Shown here one piece after another: positions 37,858-45,799 of a stretch of 64,000 nt of DNA. Source of the stretch: Arthrobacter sp. (lineage in GTDB: Bacteria; Actinomycetota; Actinomycetes; Actinomycetales; Micrococcaceae). The stretch covers positions 117,135 through 181,134 of the forward strand of contig NZ_JBLXAH010000005.1 in NCBI RefSeq assembly GCF_048266065.1, read 5' to 3'. The position numbers and the translations under genes were made by a program. The notes under the pieces are model-generated. The model was not told the DNA's origin and searched no databases. It saw nothing but the letters and a program-made list of their open reading frames with translations. Numbering within the stretch: position 1 is the stretch's first letter; each line of letters begins with the position of its first letter.

Positions 37858-40431
37858 CTATGCGGTTCCCATAACCCGTTCAAAATCGGCGACGGCGCGT
37901 CGATTATACTCTGCTGCGTCAAACTGAAACGCTGATCTCTCCGAGTCGATCGACGCCATCATGGCATCCGCTAATGCTTCGCTGGTCGGGGCAACGACAT
38001 TTCCGGCACCGCGCGGCAGCGCACCCTCTACGGATCCAAACGAGGTAGTGATGACTGGAAGTCCTAGAACGAGCGCTTCCAGAAGGACCATCGGCTGCCC
38101 TTCGTAGTCACTCGAGAGAACAAATACGTCAGAGTGCCTCATCAAAACGTAGGGATTGCGCGTAAACCCGACCATCTTAATCGCATTCTCCAGCCCAAGT
38201 GCGCGAACTTGCGCATCCAGCTTGGAGCGCAAGGGCCCGTCCCCGACAATAACGAGCCGAGTCAATGCATCGGCCTTGTGGACAATACTGAAGGCATTGA
38301 TTAGCCGAGAATGATTCTTTTCCGGCGACAGCCGACCGACAGTAATGAAAGTCTGATAGCGCTCAGCAGCCCCCTGGTTGGGAAGCTCTCCGGACTGACC
38401 GGCCGAGTAGCTGCTCCTGGGGTCAAGTAGCTCGTGGACAAGGCGTTCAACGATGTCACGCTCCTCCGGATCCAGCCCCGAATTGAATCCGCCGTGATGC
38501 TGGTCCGCAGGGAAGCCCATCCGAGACATCTGCAGAACTTTCTCGGCGTTAATCGTGTTGGGCGCGAAAGTGAATCGAGACGATGGTGCCCATTCCCACA
38601 GTGCCGAACTATTAATGGCGCTGAGACCAGCAGAGACAGACACAAGATTGTCGAAATGTTTATAGTTGCTGAACGTTGCTTGAAGGCCCTGCCTGAGCGG
38701 CTGATCACCATCGATCGAACGCAGTGCATCCGCCGCGAGATCGTTGTGTAGCCAAATGGACCGCGTCGCCTGCGGTCCACTGAGCAATAACATCCCCCAG
38801 AAAGGGGAGTATCCACTGAAATCAATCATGTGATCAAACTCAGCGTCGCCAAAACACCTAGTCCACTCCTGCCTCCAAATACGTTTAACGGAGGGAGACC
38901 TCGAAGCCCAATGCCCATCCCCGATCCGAAGAGCCTTTAATCGGAAGTAGTTCGGGATAACTTCGCCAGCAAAGCTTCCAAAGCGAAACATCACACGCGC
39001 TTGTGGATTGATCCTGGCGAAGTTGGCTTGTTTGTGTGGATCCTCGCTAAACGGGCAAAGAACTGTGACGTCGTAGCGCGAGTAATCTAGGCTGTCAAGC
39101 AAATTAAGTGCCGACGTGGTGATCCCATTTGGCTGCATTCCACCAACGTAAATTAGAAGACGTTTACGACCATCCGAGACATTCGACACGGCTCGGCTTT
39201 TGGAACGATTGCCGGCAAATACAACATCCACGACCCGTGCACAGACATTCCCATCATCATGAGGGAGAAACTGCTCGAGTTCCTCCATATATCGAGATGA
39301 GGGTAGGAACTCATCGGAAGACACAACGGAGGCAACCTCGAGCCCTAGACCATTTAGCGTTGTGGCAACCGGCCCGACGAATTCTTCGGGCACCGAATAA
39401 AGATCCCGGTAGGTACGGTATTCATCTAGGTCGGGAATGAAGAAGAGTACTGGCCGCTTACTGGGCAGGAAATCATAAAAGATGCTCGAATAATCTGTAA
39501 TCAACACCGCTGCCGCCCCCAGTACGACATTGGTCGGCACAGAATTTGGAACCATAACTCCCTCGAGTTCCGGATCCATTTGGGCTGCATCTGCGACGAC
39601 TTGATGGGCTTTAACCATTATTCTAAATTTGGCCGAATCGACTTGTTCTTGAAGGTGCCTAACGACACGAAGTAGATAGGCAGAATCCTGCTGAGGGCGA
39701 AAATAAGACGCCCCCTTCCAAGTTGGCGCATAGAGGATAATCCGACGCTTATCGACGGCCAGGCCACATTCGCCAAAGAGGGCGTCCAACTCGACCCGCG
39801 CCGCGGCTTCATCGCTCTGCCGATCCGTTCGCGGCAACCCTTCTTCAAGGATCGCCCCCGAATATATGTTCACGATTTTAAATGCTCTTCTATACAACCG
39901 TTCAGTCATTGCTGGCGAGGAAGACAGCAAATAGTCAGCGGCGAGAAAGTTCCGAATGATGTTCTTGGCATCAACTGCCCGCCCGATAATGTCGTAGCCC
40001 ATCTTCTTTAGCGGGATGCCGTGCCAAGTATTTACGTATATCTGACCAGGACGTTTGCAGAAAGGAGCTGGAAAGCTGACGTTATTGATCAGAAACTTGG
40101 ACGTAGAAAGTGCACGGTGATATTCCAGCGAACCATAACGAACGAAACTTACATTCGGGTGGTCGCGGAACTCAGACACCACTCCCGCATATCTCTCGAA
40201 GTCATTAAGCGCCCAGATGTGTTCGAGATGAGAATAGACAGGGTCGGCCAACAGAAAGCGAAAAATCGCCTCAGGACTACAGGTCATGCCATTTCCGGAG
40301 TAGGACTCATACAGAACGGTCGACTCTTCAATTGGAGCCCGGTGCCATCTACCTTTCGCCTCTGATACGGCTAGCCTCTTCGTGTGCCTGATCAAGTTGC
40401 CAAGGCTGTATTTGAAGTTCTTTACGCCCAT
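37858..40431 (-). CDS. TagF-like CDP-glycerol glycerophosphotransferase fused to a GT4 glycosyltransferase
   Basis: N-half: YESYSG, TWHGIPLKKMG, LYAPTWKG, LITDYSSIFYDF. C-half: GRLSPEKNH, SDYEGQPMVLLEA. Visibly more A/T-rich than its flanks. Confidence 0.88.
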   Translation of the reverse strand: MGVKNFKYSLGNLIRHTKRLAVSEAKGRWHRAPIEESTVLYESYSGNGMTCSPEAIFRFLLADPVYSHLEHIWALNDFERYAGVVSEFRDHPNVSFVRYGSLEYHRALSTSKFLINNVSFPAPFCKRPGQIYVNTWHGIPLKKMGYDIIGRAVDAKNIIRNFLAADYLLSSSPAMTERLYRRAFKIVNIYSGAILEEGLPRTDRQSDEAAARVELDALFGECGLAVDKRRIILYAPTWKGASYFRPQQDSAYLLRVVRHLQEQVDSAKFRIMVKAHQVVADAAQMDPELEGVMVPNSVPTNVVLGAAAVLITDYSSIFYDFLPSKRPVLFFIPDLDEYRTYRDLYSVPEEFVGPVATTLNGLGLEVASVVSSDEFLPSSRYMEELEQFLPHDDGNVCARVVDVVFAGNRSKSRAVSNVSDGRKRLLIYVGGMQPNGITTSALNLLDSLDYSRYDVTVLCPFSEDPHKQANFARINPQARVMFRFGSFAGEVIPNYFRLKALRIGDGHWASRSPSVKRIWRQEWTRCFGDAEFDHMIDFSGYSPFWGMLLLSGPQATRSIWLHNDLAADALRSIDGDQPLRQGLQATFSNYKHFDNLVSVSAGLSAINSSALWEWAPSSRFTFAPNTINAEKVLQMSRMGFPADQHHGGFNSGLDPEERDIVERLVHELLDPRSSYSAGQSGELPNQGAAERYQTFITVGRLSPEKNHSRLINAFSIVHKADALTRLVIVGDGPLRSKLDAQVRALGLENAIKMVGFTRNPYVLMRHSDVFVLSSDYEGQPMVLLEALVLGLPVITTSFGSVEGALPRGAGNVVAPTSEALADAMMASIDSERSAFQFDAAEYNRRAVADFERVMGTA

Positions 40432-40525
40432 CAGGCAGAAAAACCCAACACCAGAGATTTCATTTTTGGTCCCCCAACCGATTGCTGCCAACGTGGCATC
40501 GTCCTCTAAGAATTAATATGATTCC

Positions 40526-40552
40526 ACGAAAGTTTACTGGACAAACTTTCGT
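40526..40552. promoter_or_regulatory. 10-bp inverted repeat in the divergent tagF-like/histidine kinase promoter region
   Basis: ACGAAAGTTT-ACTGGAC-AAACTTTCGT. Confidence 0.4.
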
Positions 40553-40648
40553 ATTGGAGCGCCCTGGGCAGATTTCCATTTTCGCTTTGTTCCTATGAGC
40601 GGCCAGAATATGAAGTGGAGACCTGTCACCGAAAAGTAAAGTGGAACC

Positions 40649-41842
40649 ATGACTCCGCACCGCACCATAGATGCCTGGATCCGGAGCCACCCGGCACAGG
40701 TCGATGCCACATTGGCCATCGGGCTATGGGCCCTTCTCGCTCTGTCCACCGTTGTGCTCGGAGGCATGACGGGAACCCACCGGTTCCTGGAATTCGTCAT
40801 CGGATCCCTCCAGGTCGTACCGCTGATCTGGCGACGCTCCCATCTGTTGGCCAGCAGCGCGGTCGTCACGCTCGGATGCCTGCTCCAGGTCGCCCTGGTT
40901 CCCACCTTCCTTCCCACCCAGGTGACCGTCCCCATCGTGGTCTACACACTGGCCAAGTTCGGCAAGCGCTGGGCCTCCTACGCCGGGCTGTGCGCGGGCA
41001 TGGCCGGAGCGGTGCTGGCGACGCTGCGCTATGGCACCGTTAACGGACAGGCCATCGGGCTTCACTTGCTCCCCAGCTTTGTGGGCCTCGCCCTGATCGT
41101 GTTGGTCTCCTGGACATTCGGGGACCTCGCCCGCACCCGCCGACTGGCCGTCCGGGCGCTGGAGGACCGGGCGACACGTCTCGAAGTGGAAAGACAGCAG
41201 GAACGGGAGTTGGCGGCCTCGGACGAACGAGGACGCATTGCCCGGGAGATGCACGACATCGTGGCTCATTCACTCTCCGTCATCATCACGCAAGCCGACG
41301 GGGCCCGGTACGCCAGCGAAAAGGAGCCGGAGATCGCCCGCGAGACGCTGTCCACCATCTCGGAGACCGGGCGGAAGTCACTGCGGGAAATGCGCCGGCT
41401 CCTGGGCGTGTTGCGTGGCGACGAGCAGGCCTCCACGCGCCCCTTGCCCACGTTGGAGGACATCCCGGAGCTTCTCGAAGCCACCCGGACGGCAGGACTC
41501 GAGGTGGGCTATGACGTGCAGGGGTCACCGCGCCGTGAGCTGCCGCCCGGCGCCGAACTCACAGGCTACCGGGCGGTCCAAGAGGCACTCACCAACACGA
41601 TTAAGCATGCTGGCCCGGCCGCCAGGGCCGACGTCCTTTTGCGGTGGACCAGTTCCGGGTTGGAGCTTGAGGTCATCGACGATGGTCGCGGGGCCGGCGC
41701 GACCGACGACAACGTCGGGGCCCAGCAGGGTCTGGTGGGCATGGCAGAACGGGTCGCCCTCTACGATGGACGTATCAGCACCGGGCCCCGGCCCCATGGC
41801 GGCTTCTCCGCCAGCATCTTCATCCCCTACACCGAGGACTAA
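40649..41842 (+). CDS. Membrane sensor histidine kinase (HisKA_3/NarX-type)
   Basis: Five to six TM segments; ERGRIAREMHDIVAHSLS; QEALTNTIKHA; DDGRG; GLVGMAER. Confidence 0.93.
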   Translation: MTPHRTIDAWIRSHPAQVDATLAIGLWALLALSTVVLGGMTGTHRFLEFVIGSLQVVPLIWRRSHLLASSAVVTLGCLLQVALVPTFLPTQVTVPIVVYTLAKFGKRWASYAGLCAGMAGAVLATLRYGTVNGQAIGLHLLPSFVGLALIVLVSWTFGDLARTRRLAVRALEDRATRLEVERQQERELAASDERGRIAREMHDIVAHSLSVIITQADGARYASEKEPEIARETLSTISETGRKSLREMRRLLGVLRGDEQASTRPLPTLEDIPELLEATRTAGLEVGYDVQGSPRRELPPGAELTGYRAVQEALTNTIKHAGPAARADVLLRWTSSGLELEVIDDGRGAGATDDNVGAQQGLVGMAERVALYDGRISTGPRPHGGFSASIFIPYTED

Positions 41843-42532
41843 GTGGACACCGAGAGCCCCACCCCGATCACCGTCGCCCTGGTCGACGACCAGCTCCTCG
41901 TCCGCAGTGGATTCCGGATGTTGATCAACTCCCAGTCCGACCTCGAGGTCGTCGCCGAGGCGACGAACGGGCGTGAGGCATTGGCGTCCCCCGCCCTAGC
42001 CCACGCCGACGTTGTCCTCATGGACGTGCGTATGCCGGAAATGGACGGGATCGAGACCACCGGAAAACTCCTGAAGGGCAAGGCCGAGGGCGGGCCACGC
42101 ATCATCGTGCTGACAACGTTCGACCTTGACGAATACGCGCTGGCTGCCATCCAAGCCGGGGCCAGCGGTTTCCTGCTCAAGGACGCCCCGCCCGAGGAGC
42201 TGCTGGAGGCGATCCGCACCGTTCACCGCGGCGACGCGGTGATCGCCCCCTCCACGACACGGCGCCTTCTGGACCACGTGGCTCCCATGCTGCGTCGCCA
42301 GGTACCGGAGGCCTCCGGGCATGAACAGGCAGTAGCCTCACTGACGGCACGCGAACGGGAAGTCTTTGAACTGATTGCCTTGGGACGCTCCAACCCGGAG
42401 ATCGCCGCTGGATTGTTCCTGTCCGAGGCAACCGTCAAGACGCACGTGGGACGCATCCTGGCCAAGCTACAGGCCCGCGACCGCGTCCAGGCCGTGGTCA
42501 TCGCCTACGCAACGGGGATCGTCAGCCCCTAG
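41843..42532 (+). CDS. NarL/LuxR family response regulator
   Basis: [38 protein letters not shown]. Confidence 0.95.
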   Translation: MDTESPTPITVALVDDQLLVRSGFRMLINSQSDLEVVAEATNGREALASPALAHADVVLMDVRMPEMDGIETTGKLLKGKAEGGPRIIVLTTFDLDEYALAAIQAGASGFLLKDAPPEELLEAIRTVHRGDAVIAPSTTRRLLDHVAPMLRRQVPEASGHEQAVASLTAREREVFELIALGRSNPEIAAGLFLSEATVKTHVGRILAKLQARDRVQAVVIAYATGIVSP

Positions 42533-42548
42533 CCACCGCCGCTCGACG

Positions 42549-43640
42549 TCAGTGGTGCTGCGGCCTCGGTCGGGGCGTGCGCACGAAAATGAAGAAGTAC
42601 CACAGGCCACCGAAGACGATCAGCGATCCCAGGACGACCGTCATGGTCGACGGCGACATCCCGATGCTTGCAGTGCTCGCCGTGCCCGGGTGACCGGCGT
42701 CGGGGCCGTCGCCGGCATTCCCGGCGGCAGCCGTCGTGGCGTCGGTGCTGGAGGCGCCGGCAGCGCTCGACGACGACGTGGGTTCGGGGACCGAACCGCC
42801 CTCCGTCCCCCCTGGTGTGGCCAATCGGATCTGGCCGGAGGAGAAGTCATACACGAAGTCGCACGGTTCCAGGGAGCCGCGGGTCAACATCCTGCCGGTC
42901 GACGGGTCGATCAGCAGGCCGGTCTGCGGGTGGATGGGGTAGCCGGTGGCGGCATCGATGAGGAATCCGGTGCGTGCGTCGCGCTGGCCTCCCTGTTGGA
43001 CCGCACCGGCACCGTTGTTGCTGTATTGCCGGCCGCCCGCGGAGGAGGACCATCCGTTACCGCCCTTTTCGCGGGCGTCGGACGACGCTCCACCCTGCGA
43101 CGGGGTCTTGGAGGTGGGGTGTGACGGTGCCGGCGGCGTGGAGGGCTGCGTGGGCTGGCGCGTCGGATCGGCCGACGTCGACGGAGCCGGCGTGGGCTTC
43201 GACGTTTCAGTGGGCGGTGGGGTGGGCTCGGTCGACGGCGAGGTCGGGTCCGATGATCCATCGCCCGGATCGCTTGGATCCGTCGGCTCAGCGGTCTCCG
43301 ACGGGTCGGCCGTCGGCGGGGTGCCGGCCCCCGGGGAGCCGGGTGCATCGTCGCCCGCGCCAGGATCCGTCACGGAGGGAACGGCGGCGCTGGGGCCCGG
43401 AGCCGAGCTGCCGGGCGCCGGATCGGAGGTCGGGACCAGTTCGGTGGCCGCCGCACCGACGGCGTCGCCCAGGGGCTTCAGCGTCAGTTCCGAGCGGACC
43501 GGATCGGACTCCGGGCCGGGTGTGGAGGTCGCCGCGCTCGCTGCCGAGACGCCGAGGGAGCCGACCAGCACCACGGCGCCGAGCAAACCGGCAGCGCGCA
43601 GGGAGGAGCGCTGCAACGACTGCTGTTTCGCCGGGCGCAT
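42549..43640 (-). CDS. Pro/Ser/Thr-rich (mucin-like) surface protein with central DxxTG repeats and a C-terminal TM anchor
   Basis: Signal peptide ..SAASA; long P/S/T tracts; DARTGFLI-DAATGYPI-HPQTGLLI-DPSTGRML; C-terminal TM + basic tail. Confidence 0.75.
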   Translation of the reverse strand: MRPAKQQSLQRSSLRAAGLLGAVVLVGSLGVSAASAATSTPGPESDPVRSELTLKPLGDAVGAAATELVPTSDPAPGSSAPGPSAAVPSVTDPGAGDDAPGSPGAGTPPTADPSETAEPTDPSDPGDGSSDPTSPSTEPTPPPTETSKPTPAPSTSADPTRQPTQPSTPPAPSHPTSKTPSQGGASSDAREKGGNGWSSSAGGRQYSNNGAGAVQQGGQRDARTGFLIDAATGYPIHPQTGLLIDPSTGRMLTRGSLEPCDFVYDFSSGQIRLATPGGTEGGSVPEPTSSSSAAGASSTDATTAAAGNAGDGPDAGHPGTASTASIGMSPSTMTVVLGSLIVFGGLWYFFIFVRTPRPRPQHH

Positions 43641-43731
43641 CTGCCTCCCTGGGATGTCCGGTGCCGGGTGGTACTCCCTCCATCATAACGAAAGAGTCAC
43701 GATCCGGCATCGGCGGGGCACCGCCGTCGTG

Positions 43732-44889
43732 CTATTTGGAGAGGTTTCCGTCCCGGAAATCCTTGAAGACCGACTCCGTTTGGGAGGTGATGTTCAGGAT
43801 CGACTGGCGGTCCGCGCTCCACCCATAATCCGCAGTGGGAACACGATGCCCGACCTTCTTCAGGTCCGTCTGGTAGGCCCACGCACCAAACGTCAGCGCC
43901 TGCTCGGCGGTGAGATCGGTCACGACGTGCTTGTTCGCCGTGTCCAGCACCGTGGCCAGGCCCTCGGGCCCCTTGGCGATGGCGTAGGCGCCGATGCCCG
44001 TCAGCGTCAGGCCCTGGTTGAAGCTGCGGTCGAAGTCGCCCTTGGGCAGCGTCTTGCGTTCGCGGGAGAACCAGAAGGCGTCGTACCCGTCGACGTGGTG
44101 CTTGCCCTTCGGCACGGCCCTGACCTTCATGGGGGCGTTGATGGTGATGCCGCCGAGCTCGTCGATCATCTTCTGGAAGCCGGTGAAACCGGTCAGCACG
44201 TAGCCCTCGATGTCCAGGTCGGTCACCTGTGCGACCAGCTTGGCCTCCGCCGCGGGGCCGCCGCGGGTCATGGCGTTGTTGATCTTGGCCTTCCCGCCGC
44301 CGGGCTGGGTGACCCACAAATCCCGCGGGATGCCCATGACTCCGCCGCCGCCCTTGCCGTCGACGCCGACCACCTGCAGGGCGTCGGCGCGTTCGGCCGT
44401 GATCTTCTCGCCCTTCTTCTCCCGGGCGTCCGATCCCATCAGCAGCACATGTCGTTTGCCGCCCAGGGCTGCGTCCTTCACGCCGAGCGAGGGCCACCAG
44501 CCGCCGACTGCCGTCCAGGTGTCCTTTTTCTTCACCGCCAGGGTGACGTCCTTGCCGCTGGTCAGCACCGCGAAGTGCTGCCGGTTCCAGGTCCCCGCGG
44601 TGCCGGTGACCCGTGGGGTGCCCTGGGCCGCCTGGGCGTTCTTCAGAGCCGCGGTGGCCGGGCCGGACGTGGGCACGGTCTTCCCGGTGTAGAGCCTGGT
44701 GGCGAACGCGGTCAGTTCCTTCGAGAGGCCCTTCGACGCGATGGCCGGCTTCGGTGCCGCCGACGTCGATGCAGCGGTGGTCGGTGCCGGGCTCGGTGCG
44801 GGCTCGGCGGGCTTCGAGCAGCCGGTGAGCAGGGCCAGGGTCAACACGGGGGCGAGCACGGCGGCGGCAGTGGTGGAGCGCAGGGTCAT
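43732..44889 (-). CDS. LCP family protein, copy 3; lipoprotein with an extra N-terminal domain
   Basis: Lipobox LTGC; LMGSD, RADAL, IPRDLW, KINNA, SRER, GDFDRSFNQ. Confidence 0.85.
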   Translation of the reverse strand: MTLRSTTAAAVLAPVLTLALLTGCSKPAEPAPSPAPTTAASTSAAPKPAIASKGLSKELTAFATRLYTGKTVPTSGPATAALKNAQAAQGTPRVTGTAGTWNRQHFAVLTSGKDVTLAVKKKDTWTAVGGWWPSLGVKDAALGGKRHVLLMGSDAREKKGEKITAERADALQVVGVDGKGGGGVMGIPRDLWVTQPGGGKAKINNAMTRGGPAAEAKLVAQVTDLDIEGYVLTGFTGFQKMIDELGGITINAPMKVRAVPKGKHHVDGYDAFWFSRERKTLPKGDFDRSFNQGLTLTGIGAYAIAKGPEGLATVLDTANKHVVTDLTAEQALTFGAWAYQTDLKKVGHRVPTADYGWSADRQSILNITSQTESVFKDFRDGNLSK

Positions 44890-44960
44890 GCAACCATTGT
44901 GACGTGCGCCGCCGTCGCGGGCCGCGAACGCCACGCCCCGGCACCCCACCCGCACCCCCA

Positions 44961-44980
44961 GGTCATACCCCGGTATGACC
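44961..44980. promoter_or_regulatory. Palindromic operator candidate between the divergent LCP3 and ABC genes
   Basis: GGTCATACC-CC-GGTATGACC, perfect 9-bp arms. Confidence 0.65.
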
Positions 44981-45048
44981 CCGGCCGACGCCAAGACCCT
45001 CCGCCGGGCTGATCCGTTCGCGGGCCCCCACACCATAGATTGATGACC

Positions 45049-45798
45049 ATGACGATCACCGACACCCACTCCACCACCCAGGCGGTCTCCGCCCGGGCCC
45101 TGACCAAGGTCTACGGCTCCGGCCCCACGGCGGTCCACGCCCTCGCCGGCGTCGACGTGTCCTTCACCGCCGGACGCTTCACCGCCATCATGGGCCCCTC
45201 CGGATCCGGCAAGTCCACCCTGATGCACTGCTTGGCCGGACTGGATTCGGCCACCTCCGGCTCCATCACGATCGCCGGGCAGGACCTCACCGCCCTGGAC
45301 GACAACGCGCTCACCCGCCTGCGCCGCGAAAAGATCGGCTTCGTCTTCCAGTCCTTCAACCTGGTGCCCACCCTCACCGCCGAACAGAACATCCTGCTGC
45401 CCCTGCAGCTCGCCGGAACCAAGCACGACGCCGGATGGCTGGCCCAGGTGGTCGCCACCCTCGGTCTCGGGGACCGGCTGGGCCACAAGCCGCACGAGCT
45501 CTCCGGCGGACAGCAGCAGCGCGTCGCCGTCGCCCGCGCCCTGCTGGCGCGCCCCGCCGTCGTCTTCGGGGACGAGCCCACCGGCAACCTGGACACCCGC
45601 ACCGGCGCCGAAGTCCTGTCGCTGCTGCGCTCCTCGGTGAAGGAAATGGGCCAGACCATCATCATGGTCACCCACGACCCGGTCGCCGCCGGCTATGCCG
45701 ACGAGGTGCTGCTGATGCGCGACGGCGAACTCGTGGGAAACCTGTCCGATCCGACGCCGGAAGCCGTCACCGCGGCGCTGGCCTCCCTGGGGGCCTGA
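45049..45798 (+). CDS. ABC transporter ATP-binding protein (LolD/MacB-type)
   Basis: GPSGSGKST, GFVFQSFNL, LSGGQQQR, DEPTGNLD, VTHD; start 7 nt after TAGATT. Confidence 0.93.
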   Translation: MTITDTHSTTQAVSARALTKVYGSGPTAVHALAGVDVSFTAGRFTAIMGPSGSGKSTLMHCLAGLDSATSGSITIAGQDLTALDDNALTRLRREKIGFVFQSFNLVPTLTAEQNILLPLQLAGTKHDAGWLAQVVATLGLGDRLGHKPHELSGGQQQRVAVARALLARPAVVFGDEPTGNLDTRTGAEVLSLLRSSVKEMGQTIIMVTHDPVAAGYADEVLLMRDGELVGNLSDPTPEAVTAALASLGA

Positions 45799-45799
45799 C

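Noticed and set aside
42946-45012. 688-aa plus-strand ORF and other long overlapping ORFs (e.g. 7797-9428, 12634-14376, 50291-52156, 57474-59639)
   Set aside because: Antisense shadow frames of well-supported genes, expected in high-GC DNA; no motifs
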